A stretch of DNA of 64,000 nt from an uncultured delta proteobacterium (lineage in GTDB: Bacteria > Myxococcota_A > Polyangia > Polyangiales > Polyangiaceae). The position numbers and the translations under genes are program-made. The stretch is from NCBI GenBank assembly GCA_963696385.1, contig CAVOKF010000004.1, positions 896,001 to 960,000 of the forward strand, read 5' to 3'. Positions 18,527 to 27,483 of the stretch are shown here, piece after piece. The notes under the pieces are model-generated. The model was not told the origin of the DNA. It saw only the letters and a program-made list of their open reading frames with translations, and did no database searches. Numbering within the stretch: the first letter of the stretch is position 1; every line of letters starts with the position of its first letter.

Positions 18527-19687
18527 GTGAACGCCCGCCCCCGCATCCTCTGCGTCGACGACGAGCCGAATGTTCTCGATGGGCTCGCACTGACTCTGCG
18601 CCGCGCGTTTGAGGTCGTGCCCGCCGCCAACGGACCCGCAGGCATCGATGTGCTCGCGCGCGATCCCGCGATCGTCACCGTCATCTCGGACATGCGGATG
18701 CCCGGCATGGACGGGGCCACGTTCTTGGCCAGGGCCCGAGAGGTGCGGCCCGATGCCACGCGGTTGCTCCTCACCGGGCAAGCCGACCTCTCCGCGGCCA
18801 TCGCGGCGATCAACGACGGGCGCATCTTTCGCTTTCTCACCAAGCCCTGCGCACCGTCGGTCCTGGTCGCCGCCGTCGAAGCGGCCGTGGAGCTGCACCG
18901 GCTGGTGACCTCCGAGCGCGTCCTTTTGGAGCAGACGCTTCGCGGGAGCATTCGGATGCTCACGGACGTCCTTGCGCTCGCCGCGCCCGCCGCGTTCGGG
19001 CAGGGCGTCCGAATCCAACGCTACGCGCGCAAATTGGCCTCGAAAGTCGCGGGCGCCGAGCTGTGGCCCGTCGAAGTGGCCGCGATGCTGGCCCAGGTCG
19101 GCTTCGTCACGCTCGCCCCGGCCACGCTCGATAAACTGCAAGAAGGTCGACCTCTCGCGCCCGAAGAGCAGCAGGCGCTCGAGCGAGTGCCAGCGTTCGC
19201 CGAGCAGCTCATCGCCGGGATTCCCCGCCTGGATGCCGTTCGGGCGGCCCTTGCGCACCAGGCCGCGCCCTTCGACGGGGCGGGAGCGCCCGCCAAAGCG
19301 CCGCGCGGCAAGGACATCCCTCTGGGGGCTCGCATTCTCGCAATCGTGTCCGACTTTGACCGATTGGACACCGGCGGTCTGTCGCAAGAGCTCGCCCTCG
19401 CGGCCATGCGCGGGCGGCTGGGCCGCTACGATGCCGAGCTGCTCGAGCTTTTCGCCTCGACGCTCGAGGGCGACGGCCGAGGCGTCGAAGTGGCGGAAAT
19501 CCCCATTCGGCTGGTCCGCGTCGGGATGACCTTCGTCGAAGACGTGCGCACGCCCACGGGGCTATTGCTCGTCGCGCGCGGTCACGAGGCGACGAAAAGT
19601 TTGGTCGAACGGTTCCGAAACTTGGCTTCCGGATCCGTGCGCGAACCCGTTCGTGTCTTGCTTCGCGGGTCGCGAGCCACGTGGTGA
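18527..19687 (+). CDS. Response regulator REC + degenerate HD-GYP-like domain
   Basis: ILCVDDE, SDMRMPGMDG, AAMLAQVG, GKDIPLGARILAIVSDFD, GRYD. Confidence 0.85.
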   Translation: MNARPRILCVDDEPNVLDGLALTLRRAFEVVPAANGPAGIDVLARDPAIVTVISDMRMPGMDGATFLARAREVRPDATRLLLTGQADLSAAIAAINDGRIFRFLTKPCAPSVLVAAVEAAVELHRLVTSERVLLEQTLRGSIRMLTDVLALAAPAAFGQGVRIQRYARKLASKVAGAELWPVEVAAMLAQVGFVTLAPATLDKLQEGRPLAPEEQQALERVPAFAEQLIAGIPRLDAVRAALAHQAAPFDGAGAPAKAPRGKDIPLGARILAIVSDFDRLDTGGLSQELALAAMRGRLGRYDAELLELFASTLEGDGRGVEVAEIPIRLVRVGMTFVEDVRTPTGLLLVARGHEATKSLVERFRNLASGSVREPVRVLLRGSRATW

Positions 19688-21426
19688 GCGAACGGTCGCA
19701 CCCAGGGCAAGGGCAGGTTGCGCCGGCGCGAATCTTGGTGGTCGACGACGAAGAAGCGGTCCGCGCCGCAGTCTCGCGCACACTCGAGCGCCGCGGTCAT
19801 TGCGTCGTGGCCCTGGCGACCTCGGAGCAGGCCTTGCGGCAACTGGCCGTGCGCGACTTCGACCTGGCGATTCTGGATATCCACTTGAAGTCCGGGGACG
19901 GAATCGAGCTTTTGAGACGGATCAAGGCTCGGGCGCCGGACTGCGAGGCGCTCATGCTGTCGGGCGCCAATTCGATCGAAATCGCGATGCGCAGTGTGCA
20001 CGCGGGCGCATTCGATTTCATCGAGAAGCCGTTCTCGACCGAACGACTGACCCTTACGGCCGAGCGCGCGCTCGAGCACCGGCGGCTTCGCCAGACCACC
20101 GCCCTTTACCAAGCCGTGCAGGTCATCTTTCGAACGCGCGACCTCGAACGGCTGCCCGAGGCGATTGTCCGCGTGTCGATGGACGTGATGCGAGCCGATG
20201 GGGCGGCTCTTCTGCTCCCTGGGCTCGACGGTACGTTCTACGTCGGATACGCATTCGGCTCCGAAGCCGCCGTCGTTCGAACCCCGCACGCCCCCTTGGG
20301 CGAAGATGTCGCCCAGCAGGCCGCTCGTTCGCGGACGCCACTCGTGTGGGAGGGAGATCCGTTCGACCCGAGGGCGATCGAAGGGGCGCCCGCGCGCGCG
20401 CGCACCCCGTCGATCCTCGGTTACCCCCTGGTGCTCGGCGACGAACTGCTCGGCCTTCTCAGTTTCAGCCGCTCGACAGGCGAATCCCCGTTCGGGCCGG
20501 CTGATTCGGAGAAGGCGGCCGTTCTGGCGTCCCAGGTCCTTCTCGCGCTCGAGAATGCCCGTCTTGCACGTCAGAACGTCACCTCCGAGAAGTTGGCCGC
20601 GGTCGGGCAGCTCGCTGCGGGCATCGCTCACGAGATCAACACGCCCATCCAGTTCATGCACGATAGCCTCCATTTTCTGAGCGAGGCCTTTCGCGATCTC
20701 GCAAGGTTGACTGCACGGCTTCAGGAGATCGTGGAGCCCATGCGAGCCGACGAGCTGCCGGAGCGCGGTCAATCGCTTCTGCGCGAAGCGCGGGAGCTCG
20801 CCGCCGACGCCGACCTTTCTTATTTGAAAGAAGCGGTGCCGCGAGCCCTCGAACGTACGGCCGAAGGAGCCACGCGCATCGCGAAGATCGTCCAGGCCGT
20901 CAAAGAATTCGGGCGGCCCGACCCAGCCGAAAAGGTGGCCGTCGACCTCAACGAATGCCTGCGGAGCACGCTGCTCGTAGCCTCCCGGGAGCTCAACCAC
21001 GTCGCGGATATCGAGACGGATTTTGGTGATGTCCCGCTCGTTGCTTGTCGTCCAGGCGAGATCAATCAGGTGTTTCTGAGCCTCATCCTCAACGCCGGCC
21101 ACGCGGTTGCCGCCGTCGTCTTGGGCTCGAAGGAGCGTGGCAAGATCGTGGTTCGGAGCCAGTCCGAACGCCACTGCGCGGTCGTCTCGATCGAGGACAC
21201 CGGCACCGGAATTCCTGTCGAAGTTCAGTCCAGGATCTTCGATCCGTTTTTCACGACGAAGACCGTCGGTCGAAACGTTGGGCTCGGGCTATCCATCGCT
21301 CGCACGATCGTCGAAAGACACGGCGGGTCACTGACCTTCGAGACGCAGGTGGGCCGTGGGACGCGTTTCTCCCTACGGCTGCCCGTCGACGGATCCGGGG
21401 GATCGGACGCGCCATCTCCCCCGTGA
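19684..21426 (+). CDS. Hybrid histidine kinase REC-GAF-HisKA-HATPase
   Basis: ILVVDDE, GAF region (LGYPLVLGDELLGLL), AHEINTP, DTGTGI, FDPFFTTK. Confidence 0.92.
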   Translation: MSERSHPGQGQVAPARILVVDDEEAVRAAVSRTLERRGHCVVALATSEQALRQLAVRDFDLAILDIHLKSGDGIELLRRIKARAPDCEALMLSGANSIEIAMRSVHAGAFDFIEKPFSTERLTLTAERALEHRRLRQTTALYQAVQVIFRTRDLERLPEAIVRVSMDVMRADGAALLLPGLDGTFYVGYAFGSEAAVVRTPHAPLGEDVAQQAARSRTPLVWEGDPFDPRAIEGAPARARTPSILGYPLVLGDELLGLLSFSRSTGESPFGPADSEKAAVLASQVLLALENARLARQNVTSEKLAAVGQLAAGIAHEINTPIQFMHDSLHFLSEAFRDLARLTARLQEIVEPMRADELPERGQSLLREARELAADADLSYLKEAVPRALERTAEGATRIAKIVQAVKEFGRPDPAEKVAVDLNECLRSTLLVASRELNHVADIETDFGDVPLVACRPGEINQVFLSLILNAGHAVAAVVLGSKERGKIVVRSQSERHCAVVSIEDTGTGIPVEVQSRIFDPFFTTKTVGRNVGLGLSIARTIVERHGGSLTFETQVGRGTRFSLRLPVDGSGGSDAPSPP

Positions 21427-21688
21427 GAGCGTGGATTGCGGACGCCTTGACGGCGTTCGGATGGCGATGACGTCGGTCTCTTGTGGCTCGGCCGCACCGG
21501 GCGGCAGCCCGGCCACCGCCACGCCTCGTCCTTCAAGGATGAATACGGGAGCAGCACGGAAAGCTTCAGCGAATTTTGCACCATATGTGGAATTTGTGGT
21601 ATAGAGCGCCGACGCCGCAGACAGACAGGACCGACACGCGGATCGCGGGGTCCAGCTCGCCCGACGCGCGGATCGACGCGCGGGGCAC

Positions 21689-22795
21689 GTGAGCGATCTC
21701 GCACTTTCGTTCCTTCGCCTGGGAACCACGGCGTTCGGCGGCCCCGCTGCGCACATCGCGATGATGGAAGAAGAGTTCGTGCGGCGGCGGGCGTGGCTGA
21801 CGCGCGAGCAGTTCCTCGACATCGTCGGGGCGGCGGGCCTGATCCCAGGCCCGAGTTCGACCGAGGTGGCCATCTATATCGGCTACCGCCGCGCGGGGTG
21901 GCGAGGGCTGCTGGCCGCGGGCTTCTGCTTCATCCTTCCCGCCGCGCTCATGGTCACGGCGATCGCCTGGGCGTACGTCCGTTTCGGGCAGCTCCCCGCG
22001 GTGAGCGGCATGCTCTACGGCATCAAAGCGGTAGTCATGGCGATCCTGGCCCAGGCGCTTGTCGCCCTTGGGCGGAGCGCGGCCAAATCGGCATGGCTGG
22101 TCGCTCTCGGTGTCGCGGCGGCCGTCGCGAACCTACTGGGCGCTTCGCCCGTCGTCGTGCTCTTCGCGGCCGGCGTCCTGAGCACCGCCGCGTCGGTCCG
22201 CCCCCATGCGGGGGTGGCGCCCCTGATCTGGCCGGGTCCGCTCGGGGCATGCGCGGTCGCGGCCACCCCGGCCGGCTTGGCGAAGCTCTTTCTCGTGTTT
22301 CTGAAGATCGGCGCGGTCGTCTTCGGCAGCGGCTACGTCCTGCTCGCGTTCCTCCGCGCCGATCTCGTCGAGGGCAGGCGCTGGCTTACCGAGCCGCAGC
22401 TCATCGACGCGGTTGCGGTGGGACAGTTCACGCCGGGTCCGGTCTTCACGACCGCGACGTTCATCGGGTACGTCATCGCGGGCTTCCCCGGCGCGGTCGT
22501 CGCGACAATCGGCATCTTTCTCCCTTCGTTTCTCCTGGTCGCCGTCAGCGGGCCATTCATTCCGCGCCTGCGGCGATCGCGCGTCGCCGGGGCGTTCCTC
22601 GACGGCGTCAACGTGGCGGCACTCGCCCTCATGGCCGTCGTAGGCGTGCAGCTCGGCAAGGCTGCGATCGTCGACGCGCCGTCGGCGCTCCTGGCGGTTC
22701 TGAGCGCCGCCGCGCTCTTTCGGTGGCGGGTGAACTCCGCTTGGCTCGTGCTCGGTGGAGGTCTTCTCGGAACGGTCGTCCATGGGGTTCGATAG
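21689..22795 (+). CDS. chrA: Chromate efflux transporter (CHR family, long chain)
   Basis: LGTTAFGGPAAHIAMM, LIPGPSSTE, IGAVVFGSGYVL, GQFTPGP. Confidence 0.93.
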   Translation: MSDLALSFLRLGTTAFGGPAAHIAMMEEEFVRRRAWLTREQFLDIVGAAGLIPGPSSTEVAIYIGYRRAGWRGLLAAGFCFILPAALMVTAIAWAYVRFGQLPAVSGMLYGIKAVVMAILAQALVALGRSAAKSAWLVALGVAAAVANLLGASPVVVLFAAGVLSTAASVRPHAGVAPLIWPGPLGACAVAATPAGLAKLFLVFLKIGAVVFGSGYVLLAFLRADLVEGRRWLTEPQLIDAVAVGQFTPGPVFTTATFIGYVIAGFPGAVVATIGIFLPSFLLVAVSGPFIPRLRRSRVAGAFLDGVNVAALALMAVVGVQLGKAAIVDAPSALLAVLSAAALFRWRVNSAWLVLGGGLLGTVVHGVR

Positions 22796-22897
22796 ACCGG
22801 CCGGTAAAGCGGCGTCCGCCTGAGGAACGCCAAACGCTCCCCACGAGCGCGAGCGTTCGCGCGACCCCAAACGCCCTGGGTGCGGGGGTATCGCGGC

Positions 22898-23911
22898 CTA
22901 TGCGCGAGTCTTGCTCGCGCTCTTGTACGTCTCCAGAATTTTGATGTAGTTGGCGCGCTCGAACGACGTGGGATCTGCGACCTTGAGCTGGCTCATCGCT
23001 CCCTTCATCTGCGTGACGGACGTGTAACCGCGCTCTTCGAGCCATACGCGAAGACCGGTCACCAGCCTTCCGAGATGCGCGGGGCCGTGGGCGAGGACGG
23101 CCGAGGTGGTCATGACGGCGTCCGCCCCCGCGAGCAGGTACTTCACGACCTCGATTCCCGAGTGCACGCCCGTCGTCGCCGCGAGCGATGCCTTGATGCG
23201 CCCCGACAGAACGGCAATCCACAGCAGCGGCAGGCGGATCTCGCTCGGCGTGCTGAGCTCCAGGTTCGGCATGACCTCGAGGTGTTCGAGGTCGAAATCG
23301 GGCTGATAGAAGCGGTTGAACAGCACGAGCGCGTCGGCGCCGGCCTGGTCGAGCCGCCGGGCCATGTTCCCGAAGGCGCTGAAGAAGGGGCCCGTCTTCA
23401 GCGCGACCGGGATCGGGACGGCGGCTTTCACAGCGCGCAGGATGTCGACCAAGCGCTGTTCGACGTCGCGACCGTTCGTGTCCAGATCGGCCGCGATGAC
23501 ATACACGTTGAGCTCGATCGCCGATGCTCCGGCCTGGTGCATCTGCTTCGCGTAGTCGATCCATCCCTCGCTCGTCATGCCGTTGAGGCTCGCGATGACC
23601 GGTACGCGCACCGACTCGCGCGCCCTCCGGATGAGCTCGAGATAGCGATCAGGCCCGACACGGTAGGAGTCTGCCCGCGGAAAATAAGTGAGCGACTCGG
23701 CGAAGCTCTCGCTTCCCGCCGTCGAAAGCGCCTCGAGGGCCTCTTGCTCCGAGCGGATCTGCTCCTCGAAGAGCGAGAACATCACGACGGCCGAGGCGCC
23801 GCCGTCCTCCAAGCGCTTCACTCCGTCGATGTCCTTCGACAACGGCGAAGCCGAGGCGACCACCGGGTGCGCGAGCCTCATGCCCATGTACGTGGTCTCG
23901 AGATCGACCAT
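22898..23911 (-). CDS. Dihydroorotate dehydrogenase-like flavoprotein (nifJ-associated)
   Basis: DLETTYMG, PVVASASP, SLFEEQI, IELNVY, LFNRFYQPD, FERANY. Start ATG 23911 or GTG 23917. Confidence 0.88.
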   Translation of the reverse strand: MVDLETTYMGMRLAHPVVASASPLSKDIDGVKRLEDGGASAVVMFSLFEEQIRSEQEALEALSTAGSESFAESLTYFPRADSYRVGPDRYLELIRRARESVRVPVIASLNGMTSEGWIDYAKQMHQAGASAIELNVYVIAADLDTNGRDVEQRLVDILRAVKAAVPIPVALKTGPFFSAFGNMARRLDQAGADALVLFNRFYQPDFDLEHLEVMPNLELSTPSEIRLPLLWIAVLSGRIKASLAATTGVHSGIEVVKYLLAGADAVMTTSAVLAHGPAHLGRLVTGLRVWLEERGYTSVTQMKGAMSQLKVADPTSFERANYIKILETYKSASKTRA

Positions 23912-23913
23912 GT

Positions 23914-26900
23914 TCACCCGCCTCGCGTCGCCATCTCGACGTACGTCTTCCAACGTTGCGTCACCGCTTCCTCTGCGAGGCCGAGCAACCGCGCGGCTTC
24001 GTCGGGATTCTGGTGCGTCAGCATGCGGTAGCGCAGTTCGTTGTACGCGTACTCGCGGAAGGGTAGCGTGGGCCGCGGCGAATCGAGGACGAAGGGGTTC
24101 TCTCCCGAGCTGCCGAGGACGGGGTTGTAGCGAACGAGCGGCCAGTAACCGCAGTGGACCGCGAGCGTTTGCTGGTGGAGCCCGCGCTCCATGTCGATCC
24201 CGTGCGCAATGCAGGGGCAGTACGCGAGGATGAGCGAAGGTCCGGGGTAGGCCTCGGCCTCGCGAAAGGCGACGAGCGTCTGCTGTGGGTTCGCGCCCAG
24301 CGCGACGCGCGCGACGTAGACGTTGCCGTACGAGATGGCTTGCAGGGCGATGTCCTTCTTGCCCACCTGCTTGCCGCCCGCTGCGAACTTGGCGACGGCG
24401 CCGATCGGCGTGGACTTGGAGGCCTGACCCCCGGTGTTCGAGTAGACCTCCGTGTCGAGTACGAGGATGTTCACATTGCGGCCGCTCGCGAGGACGTGGT
24501 CCACCCCGCCCGAGCCGATGTCGTAGGCCCAGCCGTCACCGCCGACGATCCAGACGCTGCGCCGCACGAGGCAAGCCGCGACGGAACGCAGCGCGATGGC
24601 CCTCGGGTTCGACGAGCCCTCGAGCTTTCCGAGGAGAGTGGCTACGCGCTCGCGCTGCGCGCGTATCTCGCTTTCGAGGACCTGCGGCGCCGCGAGGATC
24701 TCGTCGACCAGTCCCGGTCCGATCTCGCTCGCGAGCTCTCGCGAGAGGCGCGCGGCGTGCTCGGCGTGCTGATCGTTCGCGAGGCGGAAGCCGAGCCCGA
24801 ACTCGGCGTTGTCCTCGAAGAGCGAGTTGGACCAAGCGGGGCCGCGGCCCTCGGCGTTCACCGTCCAGGGCGTGGTCGGGAGGTTCCCACCGTAGATCGA
24901 CGAGCAGCCGGTCGCGTTCGCGACGAGCAGGCGATCGCCGAAGAGTTGCGAGAGGAGCTTCAGGTAAGGGGTCTCTCCGCACCCCGCGCACGCGCCGGAG
25001 AACTCGAAGAGCGGCTCGAGGTACTGCGTGCCGCGCACGGTCGAGAAGTCGACGCGCGTGCGATCGTTGTTCGGGATGGCCTCGAAAAACGTGAGGTTCT
25101 CGCGCGCCGTGTCGAGGAGCGGTTCAATGGGTCCAAGGTTGATGGCGCGCTTGCGGCTCTCGTCCTTCGCCTTGACCGGGCAGGCATCGACGCAGAGCCC
25201 GCAGCCGGTGCAGTCTTCGACGTAAACCTCGAGCGTGTACCGGATTCCCGGAAAGCCGCGAACGTCGATGGGAGCGCTCTTGAAGCTCGCGGGTGCGCCG
25301 CGCAAGCGCTCGTCCTCGTAGAACTTCGCGCGGATGACGGAGTGAGGACACACGATGGAGCAATGGCCGCACTGGATGCAGAGCGAGGGCTCCCATACGG
25401 CAACGAGCTGGGAGACGTTGCGCTTCTCCCACTTCGTCGTTCCGCTTGGGTACGTACCATCCACCGGCAGGGCGCTCACCGGGATCTCGTCGCCTCGACC
25501 CGCCATCATCCGCGCCGTCACGTCGCGCACGAACGCGGGGGCGTCCGGCGGGACGACCGGGAGCCTTCGCCGGTGCGACGTGACGCGCTCGGGGACCGTG
25601 ACCTGGGACAGCTCGGCAAGCGTCTGGTCGACTGCGGCGAAGTTCTTCCCTACGACCTCGGCGCCCTTGACGCCGTACGTCTTCTCGATCGACTGCCGGA
25701 TTTTCGCCATGGCCTCTGCGCGCGGCAGGACACCCGAGATGGCGAAAAAGCATGTCTGCATGATCGTGTTCGTGCGCGAGCCCATGCCCGCCGCGCGCGC
25801 GACCTTGGACGCGTCGATCACCCAGAGCGAGACGTGCTTGTCGACGATCGCCTGCTGGACCTCGACGGTCAACTCCGCCCACACGTCGTCTCGCGAGTGG
25901 ACGGTGTCGACCAGGAGCGTCGCGCCGTGAGCCGCGAAGCGCAGGATGTCGAAACGCTCGAGAAAGCCGAACTGGTGGCAGCCGATGAAGCTCGCGGACT
26001 GGATGAGGTAGGTCGATCGGATGGGCGCGGGGCCGAAGCGCAGATGGGACGTGGTCTGCGAGCCGGATTTCTTGGAGTCGTAGACGAAATACGCCTGCGC
26101 GTAGACCGCGGGATCCTCGGCGATGATCTTGATGGTGTTCTTGTTCGCGCCGACCGTCCCGTCTGCGCCGAGGCCGAAGAACATGGCGCGGACGACGCCG
26201 TCGGACTCGATGTCGAACGACGCGTCGAACGGCAGACTCGAGTGGCCGACGTCGTCGTCGATACCGACCGTGAAGTGGTTGCGGGGCGCGGTCCGGGCGA
26301 GCTCGTCGTAGACCGCCTTCACCATGGCCGGTGTGAACTCCTTGGACCCGAGCCCGTAGCGGCCGCCGATGACCCGCGGAAACGAGGGCAGCCGGAGCCT
26401 TCCGGCCGCGTGCGCCTCGGCGAGCGCGGTGACGACGTCCATGTAGAGCGGCTCGCCAATCGCACCGGGTTCCTTGGTGCGGTCGAGGACCGCGATCGCC
26501 CGCGTCGTCGCCGGCAGGACCTCGATCAGGTGTTCGACCGAGAATGGCCGGTACAGGCGCACCGCGACGATCCCGACGCGGGCTCCGCGTGCGTTCAGCC
26601 ACTCTGCCGTCTCGCGTGCGGTCTCGACGCCGGATCCCATCAGCACGAGCAGCCGCTCGGCGTTCGGATCGCCGAAATAATCGAATGGCCGGTACGTGCG
26701 CCCCGTCACCTGTGAAAACCGCGCCATCGTCTCGGCGACGATCCCGGGCATGCGCGCGTAGTAGGGAGTCACGGTCTCGCGGGACTGGAAGAACACATCG
26801 GGGTTCTGCGCCGTGCCCCGCACGAAAGGGCGATCCGGCGAGAGCGCGCGAGCGCGATGCGCGAGCACCCATGCGTCGTCGACCAGCGCGCGCAGGTCGT

Positions 26901-27483
26901 CGTCCGAGAGCACGGCGATCTTGTTGATCTCGTGTGACGTGCGGAAGCCGTCGAGGAAATGGACGATCGGAATGCGCGCGCGCAGAGTCGCCGCGTGGGC
27001 GATCGCCGCGAGGTCGTGCGCCTCCTGGACCGAGTCGCTCGCCAGCACGGCGAAGCCCGTCGATCGGACCGCCATGACGTCGGAGTGATCGCCGAAGATG
27101 CTGAGCGCCTGGGTGGCGATCGCCCGCGCCGCCACGTGGATCACCGCGGACGTGAGCTCCCCGGCGATCTTGTACATGTTGGGGATCATCAGAAGCAGGC
27201 CCTGCGACGCCGTGAAGGTCGTCGTCAGCGCTCCGCTCTGCAGCGCGCCGTGCAGCGTGCCCGCCGCGCCGCCTTCGCTCTGCAACTCGACCACCGTCGG
27301 AACGCTGCCCCACAAGTTCTTTCGGCGCTCGGTGGCCCACTGGTCGGCGAGCTCCGCCATCGTGGAGGACGGCGTGATCGGATAGATCGCGCAGACCTCG
27401 ACGAGCCGATAGGCGACCGAAACGGCGGCTTCGTTGCCGTCGAGGGTCGCGACGTGCGGCGCGCTCGCGGCGCTCGTCGTCAC
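23914..27483 (-). CDS. nifJ: Pyruvate:ferredoxin (flavodoxin) oxidoreductase
   Basis: DGNEA, YPITPSS, QSEGGAAG, GLGADGTVGANK, two CxxCxxC clusters, GACAGCGETPY, GGDGWAYDIG. GTG 27483 overlaps the upstream stop. Confidence 0.96.
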   Translation of the reverse strand: MTTSAASAPHVATLDGNEAAVSVAYRLVEVCAIYPITPSSTMAELADQWATERRKNLWGSVPTVVELQSEGGAAGTLHGALQSGALTTTFTASQGLLLMIPNMYKIAGELTSAVIHVAARAIATQALSIFGDHSDVMAVRSTGFAVLASDSVQEAHDLAAIAHAATLRARIPIVHFLDGFRTSHEINKIAVLSDDDLRALVDDAWVLAHRARALSPDRPFVRGTAQNPDVFFQSRETVTPYYARMPGIVAETMARFSQVTGRTYRPFDYFGDPNAERLLVLMGSGVETARETAEWLNARGARVGIVAVRLYRPFSVEHLIEVLPATTRAIAVLDRTKEPGAIGEPLYMDVVTALAEAHAAGRLRLPSFPRVIGGRYGLGSKEFTPAMVKAVYDELARTAPRNHFTVGIDDDVGHSSLPFDASFDIESDGVVRAMFFGLGADGTVGANKNTIKIIAEDPAVYAQAYFVYDSKKSGSQTTSHLRFGPAPIRSTYLIQSASFIGCHQFGFLERFDILRFAAHGATLLVDTVHSRDDVWAELTVEVQQAIVDKHVSLWVIDASKVARAAGMGSRTNTIMQTCFFAISGVLPRAEAMAKIRQSIEKTYGVKGAEVVGKNFAAVDQTLAELSQVTVPERVTSHRRRLPVVPPDAPAFVRDVTARMMAGRGDEIPVSALPVDGTYPSGTTKWEKRNVSQLVAVWEPSLCIQCGHCSIVCPHSVIRAKFYEDERLRGAPASFKSAPIDVRGFPGIRYTLEVYVEDCTGCGLCVDACPVKAKDESRKRAINLGPIEPLLDTARENLTFFEAIPNNDRTRVDFSTVRGTQYLEPLFEFSGACAGCGETPYLKLLSQLFGDRLLVANATGCSSIYGGNLPTTPWTVNAEGRGPAWSNSLFEDNAEFGLGFRLANDQHAEHAARLSRELASEIGPGLVDEILAAPQVLESEIRAQRERVATLLGKLEGSSNPRAIALRSVAACLVRRSVWIVGGDGWAYDIGSGGVDHVLASGRNVNILVLDTEVYSNTGGQASKSTPIGAVAKFAAGGKQVGKKDIALQAISYGNVYVARVALGANPQQTLVAFREAEAYPGPSLILAYCPCIAHGIDMERGLHQQTLAVHCGYWPLVRYNPVLGSSGENPFVLDSPRPTLPFREYAYNELRYRMLTHQNPDEAARLLGLAEEAVTQRWKTYVEMATRGG

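Noticed and set aside
21576..21605. Sigma70-like promoter TTGCAC-N18-TATAGA upstream of chrA
   Set aside because: Plausible but a weak match that cannot be supported without TSS data
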